NCBI GenBank assembly: GCA_034933245.1
Contig: JAYFNX010000011.1
Span: 948-64,947, forward strand
Length of the DNA stretch: 64,000 nucleotides
Direction of reading: 5' to 3'
Source: Candidatus Pelethousia sp.
Lineage (GTDB): Bacteria; Bacillota; Clostridia; Christensenellales; CAG-138
The notes under the pieces are model-generated. The model was not told where the DNA came from, made no database searches, and worked only from the letters and a program-made list of their open reading frames with translations. Of this stretch, positions 51,982 to 61,541 are shown piece after piece. Each line of letters opens with the position of its first letter. Position 1 is the first letter of the stretch. Made by a program: the position numbers and the translations under genes.

Positions 51982-54804
51982 ATGAAAGAACAACTGCGCA
52001 TACAGGGCGCCAGAGAACATAACCTAAAGAATATCGACCTTACGCTGCCTCGCAATAAATTTATCGTGTTTACGGGGCTTTCGGGCAGTGGGAAATCTTC
52101 CTTGGCCTTTGATACCATCTATGCCGAGGGTCAGCGACGGTATGTGGAATCCCTCTCCTCTTATGCCCGCCAATTTTTGGGCCAGATGGAAAAGCCCGAT
52201 GTGGACTACATCGAGGGGCTTTCTCCGGCAATTAGTATCGATCAGAAGAGCACCTCCAACAATCCCCGCTCCACCGTGGGCACGGTTACGGAGATTCATG
52301 ATTACCTGCGCCTGCTCTATGCTCGCGTGGGAAAACCGCACTGCCCCAAATGCGGCAAGCCCATTGCTCGCCAAACAATCGACCAGGTGGTGGACCAAGT
52401 GATGGCCATGGGGGAAGGGCGCATGCAGATCATTGCCCCCGCCGTGCGCGCCCGGAAAGGGGAGCACGGGAAGCTCCTGGAACAGATCCGCAAGGACGGC
52501 TATGTGCGCGTTCGCGTGGACGGCGAGGTTTACGATATCAACGATGTACCCAAGCTGGAGAAGAACATTAAGCACACCATCGATGTGGTGGTGGATCGGC
52601 TATCCATCAAGCCCGGGGTGGAAGGGCGGCTTAGCGAATCCCTGGAAACAGCCTTCGCCTTTGGCGGGGGGCTGGCAAAAGTGGATGTGGTGGGAAAGGA
52701 AGAACTTCTCTTCTCCCAAAATTACGCCTGCCCGGACTGCGGCGTGAGCATTGAAGAGCTCGCCCCCCGGATGTTTTCATTTAACAATCCTTTTGGCGCC
52801 TGCCCGCGCTGCGGCGGTTTGGGCATGCTTATGGAAATGGACGAGACTTTGGTTGTGCCAAACCCCGGGCTGAGCCTGCGCCAGGGTGCTATCAGCGTGA
52901 CCGGTTGGCAAAGCAGTGCCCCGAACAGCATCGCGGGCATGTACTTTAGCGCGATGGCGGAGCGATACGGCTTTTCTTTGGATACGCCCTTTCGGGAGCT
53001 TCCCGAAAAAGCCCGCACGGCCATTCTTCATGGTACAGGCAATGATAAGCTGCATATCGCTTATCAAAAAGAATTCGGTGCGGGAACTTTTGACGCTGCC
53101 TTCGAAGGCATTATTCCAAACCTGGAACGGCGCTACAGGGAAACCCAATCCGAAGCCATGAAGCAGGAGATGGAGGGCTATATGGCCAGCGTGCTCTGCC
53201 CCGCCTGCCAAGGGAAACGCCTAAAACCCGAAAGTCTTGCCGTAACGGTGGGAGGGCTCTCCATCGCGGAGCTGAGCGATAGGACGGTTCTTAAGGCCCG
53301 GGAATTTATCGATGGGCTGGAACTAAGTGAGACAGAGCAGCTCATCGCCGCGCAAATTTTCAAGGAATTAAAGGCGCGCCTGGGGTTTTTGGTGGATGTG
53401 GGGTTGGACTATCTGACTCTTTCCAGGGGGGCCGCCACCCTTTCGGGAGGCGAGGCCCAGCGCATCCGCCTGGCAACCCAGATCGGCTCAGGCCTTGTGG
53501 GCGTTTTATATATTCTGGACGAGCCAAGCATCGGCCTCCATCAGCGGGATAACGCCCGTCTGCTTAACAGCCTAAAAGGCATGCGGGATCTGGGAAATAC
53601 CCTGATCGTGGTGGAGCATGATGAAGAGACCATGCTCAGTGCGGATTATATTGTGGATATCGGCCCTGGAGCCGGGGAGCACGGCGGAAAGATTGTGGCG
53701 CAGGGAACGCCCGCAGAAATTATGGCCAGCGAAAATTCCATTACCGGCCAGTTCCTATCCGGCCGCAGGAGCATCCCCGTTCCTGCGGAGCGGCGGCTTA
53801 GCGAACGTTTTTTGCGGGTAAAAGGGGCCAGAGCAAACAACCTGAAAAGCGTGGATGTGGATATTCCCCTGGGCGTGTTCACTTGCATAACCGGCGTATC
53901 CGGCAGCGGCAAAAGCAGCCTTGTAAACGAGGTGATTAAAAAAACCCTGTTACGGGAACTGAACCGGGCCAAGGTGCGAAACACCGGCACATATGAAGCG
54001 ATGGAGGGCTTGGAGGCGCTGGATAAGATTATCGATATCAACCAGTCGCCTATCGGCCGCACGCCCCGAAGCAATCCTGCGACATACACCGGCCTGTTCG
54101 ACCTGATCCGGGAGGTTTTTGCCATGACGCCGGATGCGAAAGTACGGGGGTATAGCAATGGCCGTTTCAGCTTTAATGTGAAGGGCGGGCGGTGTGAAGC
54201 CTGCCGGGGGGACGGCATCATCAAAATTGAAATGCATTTCCTTCCGGATATCTATGTACCTTGCGAGGTATGCAAAGGGAAACGCTACAACAGGGAAACC
54301 CTGGAAGTAAAGTATAAGGGCAAATCCATCGCGGACGTGCTGGAGATGACCGTGGAGGAGGCGCTGACATTTTTTGCGGCCTTACCCAAGGTCAAACGGA
54401 AGCTGCAGACTCTCTATGACGTTGGCCTGGGGTATGTACGGCTGGGGCAGCCTTCCACTACCCTCTCCGGCGGGGAGGCGCAGCGGGTTAAGTTGGCTAC
54501 GGAGCTTTCAAGGCGTGATACGGGCCGCACCATGTATGTGCTGGACGAGCCGACCACAGGCCTCCATGTGGCGGATGTGGAAAGGCTGCTGGGCATTTTG
54601 CAGCGCTTGGTTACGGGCGGGAGTACGGTGCTGGTAATCGAGCACAATCTGGATGTAATCAAAACGGCGGATTACATCATCGACCTGGGGCCCGAGGGTG
54701 GCGACCGGGGCGGGCGGATCGTAAAGACGGGCACACCGGAGGAGATCGCCGCCTGCAGGGAAAGCTACACAGGGCAATATCTCAAAAAACTATTGGGGGT
54801 ATAA
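51982..54804 (+). CDS. uvrA: Excinuclease ABC subunit A
   Basis: 940 aa. [14 protein letters not shown], zinc modules CPKCG / CPDCG / CEACRGDG, and two ABC signatures LSGGEAQR. Confidence 0.97.
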   Translation: MKEQLRIQGAREHNLKNIDLTLPRNKFIVFTGLSGSGKSSLAFDTIYAEGQRRYVESLSSYARQFLGQMEKPDVDYIEGLSPAISIDQKSTSNNPRSTVGTVTEIHDYLRLLYARVGKPHCPKCGKPIARQTIDQVVDQVMAMGEGRMQIIAPAVRARKGEHGKLLEQIRKDGYVRVRVDGEVYDINDVPKLEKNIKHTIDVVVDRLSIKPGVEGRLSESLETAFAFGGGLAKVDVVGKEELLFSQNYACPDCGVSIEELAPRMFSFNNPFGACPRCGGLGMLMEMDETLVVPNPGLSLRQGAISVTGWQSSAPNSIAGMYFSAMAERYGFSLDTPFRELPEKARTAILHGTGNDKLHIAYQKEFGAGTFDAAFEGIIPNLERRYRETQSEAMKQEMEGYMASVLCPACQGKRLKPESLAVTVGGLSIAELSDRTVLKAREFIDGLELSETEQLIAAQIFKELKARLGFLVDVGLDYLTLSRGAATLSGGEAQRIRLATQIGSGLVGVLYILDEPSIGLHQRDNARLLNSLKGMRDLGNTLIVVEHDEETMLSADYIVDIGPGAGEHGGKIVAQGTPAEIMASENSITGQFLSGRRSIPVPAERRLSERFLRVKGARANNLKSVDVDIPLGVFTCITGVSGSGKSSLVNEVIKKTLLRELNRAKVRNTGTYEAMEGLEALDKIIDINQSPIGRTPRSNPATYTGLFDLIREVFAMTPDAKVRGYSNGRFSFNVKGGRCEACRGDGIIKIEMHFLPDIYVPCEVCKGKRYNRETLEVKYKGKSIADVLEMTVEEALTFFAALPKVKRKLQTLYDVGLGYVRLGQPSTTLSGGEAQRVKLATELSRRDTGRTMYVLDEPTTGLHVADVERLLGILQRLVTGGSTVLVIEHNLDVIKTADYIIDLGPEGGDRGGRIVKTGTPEEIAACRESYTGQYLKKLLGV

Positions 54805-54806
54805 CC

Positions 54807-55553
54807 ATGGCATTCAGCATGGAACGCTGGCACAGCGCAACCCAGGCCCGCTTTTCAGCCCGGCGCTATAAAGCGGAGCCGGAAGAAGAGGAGATGGCCG
54901 CGCTTACGAAGGCAGCCGCCCGGATGGGCGGCCGGGGCGTGCGCATCGCACTGGGAGAAAGCGACAATCTTTTCAAACCCATGTTCCTTTGGTATGGAAG
55001 GATTACAGGCGCGAGCCGCTTCGCGGCTTTCATCGCCGGCCCCGATGCGAGCGACCAAAGTATTGGCTATTTTGGCGAAGCCTTTATTTTGGAGGCGACA
55101 GCTTTGGGCATCGGCACCTGCTGGGTAGGAGCGAGTTACCAAAAAGGGATGGCGAAAACCCTGATTCCCTTGCAGGAGGGGGAGCGGATTGTGGCGGTTA
55201 CGCCTTTGGGTATTTCCGCGCAAAGCTATGTGGGTAGGCCGCGCAAGAGCTTGGAGGAGCTGACGGGTCTATCCCAGGAAGCGCTACAGGCCCTGCCGGA
55301 TTGGCAGCAGAGCGCGCTTTCCTGTGCCCGGCTGGCCCCCAGTGCGGTAAACCGCCAGCCCTGGCGTTTCATTCCCAATGAAAAGGGTATTGAACTCATT
55401 CAGACCGGGAGTAATTTCGGTTATGGCGGCGTGGATCTGGGCATTGCCATGTTGCACATTGAATTGGGAGCGGCCCACTGTTCCGTGAGCGGAACCTGGC
55501 AGGAAAATACAAACGCGGCCCTATTTGTGCCCGATGTGCAAGTGGAAGCATAA
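54807..55553 (+). CDS. Nitroreductase-family protein
   Basis: 248 aa. SARRY near the N-terminus and APSAVNRQPWRF motif. Confidence 0.7.
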   Translation: MAFSMERWHSATQARFSARRYKAEPEEEEMAALTKAAARMGGRGVRIALGESDNLFKPMFLWYGRITGASRFAAFIAGPDASDQSIGYFGEAFILEATALGIGTCWVGASYQKGMAKTLIPLQEGERIVAVTPLGISAQSYVGRPRKSLEELTGLSQEALQALPDWQQSALSCARLAPSAVNRQPWRFIPNEKGIELIQTGSNFGYGGVDLGIAMLHIELGAAHCSVSGTWQENTNAALFVPDVQVEA

Positions 55554-55573
55554 GAAACTGCAAAAGTAGGCAT

Positions 55574-55601
55574 TGCGCAAAAATGGGCGGGGCGCTATAA
55601 T
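55574..55601 (+). promoter_or_regulatory. Sigma-A promoter of rex (-35 TTGCGC, 16 nt, -10 TATAAT)
   Basis: TTGCGC at 55574-55579 and TATAAT at 55596-55601. Confidence 0.55.
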
Positions 55602-55603
55602 GA

Positions 55604-55621
55604 TTGTGAAAAGTTTAATGA
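55604..55621 (+). promoter_or_regulatory. Candidate Rex operator (TTGTGAA-aagt-TTAATGA)
   Basis: The first half-site matches the Rex box TTGTGAA-N4-TTCACAA perfectly. The second half matches at 4 of 7. It lies immediately downstream of the -10. Confidence 0.35.
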
Positions 55622-55669
55622 TTTGGTAATTTACGCGTTGTCAAGGCAGCGTTACATATGGAGGTTATT

Positions 55670-56308
55670 ATGGAGGTTCGCAAGGTATCCGAAGCCGTCA
55701 TCCGCAGGCTTCCAAAGTATTACAGGCAGCTTTTGGTCCTGCAAAAGGCGGGAGTAGAGCGCATTTCCTCCAGCAAGTTAGCTCAGCAGATGCGCCTGAA
55801 CGCATCGCAGGTACGGCAGGACTTCAATTGTTTTGGAGGGGTTGGCCAGCAGGGATATGGCTATAATGTGGTCACCCTTTTGGGCGAAATTAAGAGCATC
55901 CTCGCCTTGAATCGGCCCTATAAGGCCGTGGTGGTGGGCGCCGGCAATATCGGCACGGCTCTGGCTAATTTTGAAGGATTTGAGCGGGACGAAATCAGCA
56001 TTGAGGCATTATTTGATATCAAGCCCACCCTTGTGGGGGAGACCATTAATGGCAAGCCTGTGCTGCATACCGATGAGTTGGAGAAGTACATCCGGGAGAA
56101 TGATATCACCATCGGCATCATTGCCGCGCGGCGCAGTGTGGCGCAAAACGTGGCGGACAGAATGCAGGCTGCGGGCATTCGCGGCATATGGAATTTTGCC
56201 CCCATGGATGTGGCGGAGATGGGTGTTCCCGTGGAAAACTTGCATATGACAGACAGCCTTATCTGCCTGTGCTACAAGATGAGCCACCAAACGTTGGACG
56301 AGGAATAA
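55670..56308 (+). CDS. rex: Redox-sensing transcriptional repressor Rex
   Basis: RRLPKYYRQL winged-helix motif and GAGNIGTAL Rossmann motif. ATG at 55670 is preferred because the upstream ATGGAGGT supplies the SD. Confidence 0.9.
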   Translation: MEVRKVSEAVIRRLPKYYRQLLVLQKAGVERISSSKLAQQMRLNASQVRQDFNCFGGVGQQGYGYNVVTLLGEIKSILALNRPYKAVVVGAGNIGTALANFEGFERDEISIEALFDIKPTLVGETINGKPVLHTDELEKYIRENDITIGIIAARRSVAQNVADRMQAAGIRGIWNFAPMDVAEMGVPVENLHMTDSLICLCYKMSHQTLDEE

Positions 56309-56359
56309 GCGTGGGGCCCATAAAGGGCCGGCTAAAAATAACATGGGGAGGTGTGCGCC

Positions 56360-56470
56360 ATGAAGTTTCGCTGCAAAATATGCGGGTATATTCATGAGGG
56401 GGATGAGCCCCCTGCGGTCTGCCCGGCCTGCAAGGCGCCGGCGTCTTACTTTGAGCCGGTTGAGGAATAA
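56360..56470 (+). CDS. Rubredoxin-like mini-protein (36 aa, below the ORF-track cutoff)
   Basis: Read by hand: MKFRCKICGYIHEGDEPPAVCPACKAPASYFEPVEE with CxxC...CxxC. GGGGAGGTG RBS upstream. Confidence 0.55.
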   Translation: MKFRCKICGYIHEGDEPPAVCPACKAPASYFEPVEE

Positions 56471-56489
56471 GTTGATTTGAACCATTGGG

Positions 56490-56520
56490 GCGGCGCTGCG
56501 TGGATTTTACGCTGCGCCGC
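56490..56520. terminator. Hairpin between the convergent rubredoxin-like gene and VanW-2
   Basis: gcggcgctgcgt ... acgctgcgccgc (one mismatch). No clear U-tract. Confidence 0.4.
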
Positions 56521-56529
56521 ATCTTGCCA

Positions 56530-57867
56530 TCATCCGGAAATTTTTATGAGCCCTTGGATCGAACGATATTTATCCTCCGTGACTTGCACTTTGCGCAGAA
56601 ACTCCCCATCGGCGTTATAATATTCCTTCCAAGTAACGGCGATGCAGCCCCGGCGGCTTTTGCGTACTTCCTCGGTTTCGCCCGGGGCCAAGGTGTGATC
56701 CACGGTATATTCCGTTCCCAGGTCCGCAAGGGTCGCCGTTTTCTTAGAACGCAGTTGAATGGTTACACCGTCCGGGAGAGCGCGGCCGTAAATGCGTACG
56801 GCTATGGTACGGGCTTTTGTATTGGCTTCGGCGGAAATAACGATGGGTACATCCGTGCTGTTGATAAAGCAAAAGTTCGGTCCCCCCGTGCTGATGGTGG
56901 CATCCCGGCCGGCGGCGATGTAACCGAGGGGCCAGGAATGGTGGTACCGCTCCGAAACGGTGAGATCAGCCATTAAAACGGCATTGTACAGGGTGGTAGA
57001 AACCTGGCATACCCCGCCACCATATTCCTGCACATAGGCCCCATCCCGGATTCCCGTGGCGATGCGCCAACCATTCTCCTCATTGCGAGGGCCCAGGGCG
57101 GCGTTCATATCGAATTCTTTTCCGGGTTCCAGAACGGTACCGTCAATGATTGCGGCGGCTTTTTTCATGTTGTGAACCCGGTTCTTTACTCCATAGGTAC
57201 TCCCGGCAAAGGAGGTGGAAAATTCGGCAATCAAGCGCCTGTCTTCTTTGGCCTGTTCGATTGTGTAAGTGGGCGCCAAATCCACAAAAGCGGCTTTAAT
57301 GGGCTCTGTGCCGCCGGATTGGATGCGGCTCTGCATTTCTTGGGCAAGGGTATGCACATCCGTTATACGGCCGGGAATTTCTTCTGTGAACACAAAACGG
57401 CCTTCCACACTCGCATCGTAGGTAGCGGTAGCATTGTGGGCGTTTATGTTTAAGGAAACCGTATGCCGGCTTAAGGCGGCCCGCAGAGGCTCCAACTCCA
57501 CAGAGGGAATGCAGGAAAGCTCACGGGCGCTATCTTTGAGCGAATAGGCGGGGAGAGAAAGCGCTTGCAGGATCACGGCTTCCGTGTTGAAGGAGATGGG
57601 CAAATCGCCGGCGGGGATATCCAGCGCCTCGTCTCCTGCCAAAATACGGTAGCTTTGGGCCGCAAGAGAGTCCTTATGTGCATCTTCCAACCGGGCGGCG
57701 GCTTCCAACGGCGTGAAGCCGGATACGTCCATACTGTCAATGCGGATATTTTCGCCCAGGCGGGCGCCGGCGGCTTCGGCCTCGGCAAGCGTGCCAAAGG
57801 AAGCTTTGGCGCAGGCGCACATGAGAAGGAAAAACACGGCATACAGGCAAATGAGACTTCGTTTCAT
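56530..57867 (-). CDS. VanW-family protein with signal peptide/lipobox (paralog 2)
   Basis: N-terminal MKRSLICLYAVFFLLMCAC. VanW core GGGVCQVSTTLYNAVL...RYHHSWP. Confidence 0.85.
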   Translation of the reverse strand: MKRSLICLYAVFFLLMCACAKASFGTLAEAEAAGARLGENIRIDSMDVSGFTPLEAAARLEDAHKDSLAAQSYRILAGDEALDIPAGDLPISFNTEAVILQALSLPAYSLKDSARELSCIPSVELEPLRAALSRHTVSLNINAHNATATYDASVEGRFVFTEEIPGRITDVHTLAQEMQSRIQSGGTEPIKAAFVDLAPTYTIEQAKEDRRLIAEFSTSFAGSTYGVKNRVHNMKKAAAIIDGTVLEPGKEFDMNAALGPRNEENGWRIATGIRDGAYVQEYGGGVCQVSTTLYNAVLMADLTVSERYHHSWPLGYIAAGRDATISTGGPNFCFINSTDVPIVISAEANTKARTIAVRIYGRALPDGVTIQLRSKKTATLADLGTEYTVDHTLAPGETEEVRKSRRGCIAVTWKEYYNADGEFLRKVQVTEDKYRSIQGLIKISG

Positions 57868-57990
57868 AGGGGCTTCCTTTGCAAGTGATATCTCTCAGTA
57901 TGCCACATACGCATCTTTTTGTTGCATCGGGATGGCCGATAGAATACAATATAAGCAAGCAGTGTATTTGCATAGGAGCAAAGCGCGAAA

Positions 57991-58626
57991 ATGTTTTTTG
58001 ACATGAGCGATAAACAATCGCTAACAACAAAGGTTTACAAACATATTCGGGATGGCATCTTGGACGGTAGCTACGGAATTGGCGATTACCTGGTGGAAAC
58101 TAGGCTGGCCGATGAGTTGGAAGTAAGCCGTACGCCCATCCGAGAGGCGCTCAAGCAACTGGAGCTGGAGGGCTTGGTACAGAGCTTTCCAAATAGAGGT
58201 ATGCTGGTGCAAGGCATCAGTGACGACGACCTATACGACATATATACCATCCGCCTTCTTCTGGAAGGCCAGGCGGCATGGTGGGCCGCACAAAGGATTG
58301 AGCAGGAGCAACTGGATAAACTGGCAGAAACCTTGGAACTAATGGAAATGTATACAAGGCGGAAGGATGTGGCCCAACTTGCCCGGTTGGATACGCAGTT
58401 TCATGATGTGCTTTACAGCGCAACCAACAGCCGCATGCTCAAGCATATATTGGCGTCCCTCCATCAGAATGCGCGGCGCGCCCGCCGTTCCAGCCTGACG
58501 GTACCGGAACGGCCTAACGAATCCCTGCAAGAGCATAAACAGATATTTCGCGCGCTGGAAAGCCACCATCCGGAAGAAGCGAAAGTGGCCATGGAGAAGC
58601 ATGTATCCAACGCCCATCTTAAGTAG
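57991..58626 (+). CDS. GntR-family transcriptional regulator (FadR/FCD subfamily)
   Basis: HTH ELEVSRTPIREALKQLELEGLV followed by an all-helical FCD-type domain. An alternative start lies at 58003. Confidence 0.85.
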   Translation: MFFDMSDKQSLTTKVYKHIRDGILDGSYGIGDYLVETRLADELEVSRTPIREALKQLELEGLVQSFPNRGMLVQGISDDDLYDIYTIRLLLEGQAAWWAAQRIEQEQLDKLAETLELMEMYTRRKDVAQLARLDTQFHDVLYSATNSRMLKHILASLHQNARRARRSSLTVPERPNESLQEHKQIFRALESHHPEEAKVAMEKHVSNAHLK

Positions 58627-58801
58627 GATATGGAATGAAAATAACCCCGACGAGGTCTGCGCTGGGGCTTTTTCCTAATTTTTTAAATGAATAGAACGTT
58701 ATAGCAGCCGGAAAGATAAGGTTAATTTTTCGCCTATCGTTGGTTTTTTCAAATCTAAAGATCAAATCGGGCAGTGAACGTATGGGCAAGGAGAAGCGGA
58801 T

Positions 58802-59977
58802 ATGGGTAGAATAGCCTGCTTGGGCGAGTCTTTCACAATGGAAGGCGGCGGACGGTTTATTTTGGCACGGGCACAGGAGGCGGCGGATGTGCTGTTGCAA
58901 GGGTATACGGGCCGGGTGCAGACCATTTATTTGGATCCCCCGTTTGGAACGGGGGATACTTTTTCTGCTCGTTTGGGCCAAGGAGCGGAACAGTTGCGAG
59001 TACCCGCCTATACGGATGTTCTTGATCGAGAAGCTTATTTGGAAATGATGAGAGAGGTGCTGGCTTTATCCCACCAATTGCTGGCGGACACGGGCAGCCT
59101 ATATCTGCATATCGATCATCGCATGAGCGCCTATATGCGGCTGCTGTTGGATGCGGTTTTCGGGCCGGAGAATTTCGTGAACGAAATCATCTGGTCATAC
59201 CGTTCAGGCGGGCGTTCCACCCGGTATTTTTCACGCAAGCATGATAATATCCTACTCTATCGAAAAAGCTGCCGTATGTATTTTGATATCCGATCGGTGG
59301 GATTACCCAGAGGCCCCCAGCGACGAAACCATATGAAACGCACGGTGGATGAACAAGGGCGGGTGTGCTATTCGATCCATGCCAACGGGAAAGAGTATCT
59401 TTATCATGAGGACACGCTGATCTATCCAGGCGATGTTTGGAATGATATCGAGCATCTTCACCAGCGGGACCCGGAACGGACCGGCTACAGCACGCAGAAA
59501 CCGGAGGCGCTCTTAGAACGCATCCTAAAAGCCTCCAGCCAACCTGGCGATTTAGTGATGGATCTGTTTTCGGGCAGCGGTACGACTGCGGCGGTTGCCG
59601 CCCGGCTAGGGCGCACCTGGGTAGCCGTGGACCCATCACCAGTAGCCCTGTTAGTTCTTCGGAATCGAATGCTGCACGCGCAGCGGGAGCCGAACATTTT
59701 CTCTAAAATGAGCGAGCTGCGACTGGAATACCATGCGGACTTACCCGCTTACCCCATGCCAGCATTGAAGATAGAACGAAAAGGGCGGGAAATAAGCGTT
59801 TCCCCGCAGCAAAAGGGCTTGGCGTACCTGGCCTTGGGCCAGGTTCGGGACAGAATCTTCTACCCGTTCTCTTATGACCTTCAGCCCATGGCGGATAGGC
59901 GGATTACCGCGGGGGCGGAAGCTTGGGCGGTGCAGGCGGCGGATATGTTTGGCGGAAATGGAATATGGGAGCTGTAA
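58802..59977 (+). CDS. Beta-class N4/N6 amino DNA methyltransferase with C-terminal extension; no partner endonuclease seen
   Basis: Motif [12 protein letters not shown] lies N-terminal to motif [14 protein letters not shown]. About 100 extra C-terminal residues. Confidence 0.85.
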   Translation: MGRIACLGESFTMEGGGRFILARAQEAADVLLQGYTGRVQTIYLDPPFGTGDTFSARLGQGAEQLRVPAYTDVLDREAYLEMMREVLALSHQLLADTGSLYLHIDHRMSAYMRLLLDAVFGPENFVNEIIWSYRSGGRSTRYFSRKHDNILLYRKSCRMYFDIRSVGLPRGPQRRNHMKRTVDEQGRVCYSIHANGKEYLYHEDTLIYPGDVWNDIEHLHQRDPERTGYSTQKPEALLERILKASSQPGDLVMDLFSGSGTTAAVAARLGRTWVAVDPSPVALLVLRNRMLHAQREPNIFSKMSELRLEYHADLPAYPMPALKIERKGREISVSPQQKGLAYLALGQVRDRIFYPFSYDLQPMADRRITAGAEAWAVQAADMFGGNGIWEL

Positions 59978-59982
59978 AGACC

Positions 59983-60016
59983 GGAAAGGGACGGTGCACA
60001 CCGTCCCTTTCCTTTT
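59983..60016. terminator. Bidirectional terminator between the methyltransferase and aminotransferase genes
   Basis: ggaaagggacgg / tgcaca / ccgtccctttcc followed by tttt. Confidence 0.8.
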
Positions 60017-60063
60017 AACCACGATCCGCCTCCGAAGAAGCCCGAACCTTGGCCGTTTGCCGT

Positions 60064-61254
60064 TTAGCGGGCATTATACTTTTCAATAGCCAGCTTGAGC
60101 AGATCCATCGCCCGCTCTAGATCCTTGCAGTTGAGCACATAGGCGAAGCGAACTTCGTCGATTCCCTTACCGGGGGTGCCGTAGAAACCGGCGCCGGGGG
60201 CATACATAACGGTCTCATTGTTATCCTGGAACTCGGTGAGCAGCCAGGTTTGGAATTTATCGGTATCATCTACGGGGAGCTTTACCATCATATAGAAAGC
60301 GCCCTTAGGCTCCTTGCATACCACACCGGGAATTTCTTGCAGTTTGCGGTAGATGGTGTCCCGGCGATTCTTGTATTCCTGACGCACAGCATCGAAGTAG
60401 GAAGGATCCACATCGTAGAGGGCGGCGGAGGCGATTTGATCCAGCGTGGCCACGGAGAGACGGGCTTGGCAGATCTTCAATGCCTGTTGCTGGAGCTCTT
60501 TGTTCTTGGTAATAACCGTACCGATACGGGCGCCGCAAGCGCTGAAGCGCTTAGACACGGAATCAATAATGATTGCATTCTGGGTGATATCCTGGAACTG
60601 ACCGATGCTCTGGAGGGGCTCGCCGCCATAAACGAACTCGCGATACACCTCGTCGCCAATGAGGAAAAGGTCATGCGCTTTGGCGATATCGGCAATCAGG
60701 CGCATTTCCTCGGGCGTGAGCACCACGCCCGTGGGGTTGCCGGGGTTCGTGAACATGATGGCGCGGGTTTTGCTGGTGATGAGGGGCTCAATCTTTTCCC
60801 GGCTGGCATAGTGGTAGCCTTCCTCGGGGGTGGTATGGATGGGCACGATCTTACCGCCGGTGCAGTTCACAAAGGTATTATAGTTGGGATAGAAGGGCTC
60901 GGGGATAAGGATTTCATCGCCATCATCCAGGATGCAGTTGAGGACGATTTGCAACGCTTCGCTGCCGCCGGTGGTAACAAGAATATCGTTGGTTTCGTAT
61001 TGGATACCGATGCGAGCATAATATTTTTTGATCGCTTCAATCATCTTCGGAATACCGGGGCTGGGTGCGTATTCCAGAACTGGCTGCTGAAAACTGCGAA
61101 TAGCCTCGAAATAGGCCGGAGGCGTTTCAATATCGGGCTGCCCAATATTGAGGTGATAGATCTTTATGCCCTTCTTATCGTACTCCACCTGGTAGGGATA
61201 GAATTTACGGATTGGAGAAAGATGGCATTTTTCAATCTTGCTGGAAAACTTCAT
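60064..61254 (-). CDS. Class I/II PLP-dependent aminotransferase (aspartate aminotransferase-like)
   Basis: Start at MKFSSKIEK (61254). LSPIRKF and SVSKRFSACGARIG (PLP-lysine) motifs. Confidence 0.88.
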   Translation of the reverse strand: MKFSSKIEKCHLSPIRKFYPYQVEYDKKGIKIYHLNIGQPDIETPPAYFEAIRSFQQPVLEYAPSPGIPKMIEAIKKYYARIGIQYETNDILVTTGGSEALQIVLNCILDDGDEILIPEPFYPNYNTFVNCTGGKIVPIHTTPEEGYHYASREKIEPLITSKTRAIMFTNPGNPTGVVLTPEEMRLIADIAKAHDLFLIGDEVYREFVYGGEPLQSIGQFQDITQNAIIIDSVSKRFSACGARIGTVITKNKELQQQALKICQARLSVATLDQIASAALYDVDPSYFDAVRQEYKNRRDTIYRKLQEIPGVVCKEPKGAFYMMVKLPVDDTDKFQTWLLTEFQDNNETVMYAPGAGFYGTPGKGIDEVRFAYVLNCKDLERAMDLLKLAIEKYNAR

Positions 61255-61493
61255 GGCTAAAGCTGACCTCCTGATTGTGGTTTTATTTAAAATGTATTCA
61301 CGGCAAACAGGGCGTACAGGGAACACAGTAGCCTCGAAAAAAATAATTCGCTAGAAACGAATGGGCTACGGCGCCAACAATGAATGGGAAATGGTTCTTC
61401 TCTTATCTTGCTTTAATTATAACACTCTTTGTGCAACAAAGAAAGGCCCTTCCTGTAGAAAAAGCCCGGTATGGGTATAAGATTTCGTTAAGG

Positions 61494-61525
61494 CATAAAC
61501 AAAGAGGCGCGCATATGCGCGCCCC
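61494..61525 (-). terminator. Rho-independent terminator of VanW-3
   Basis: On the minus strand, GGCGCGCATATGCGCGCC followed by TCTTTGTTTAT. Confidence 0.7.
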
Positions 61526-61541
61526 ATAACGTTTGCAGGGA

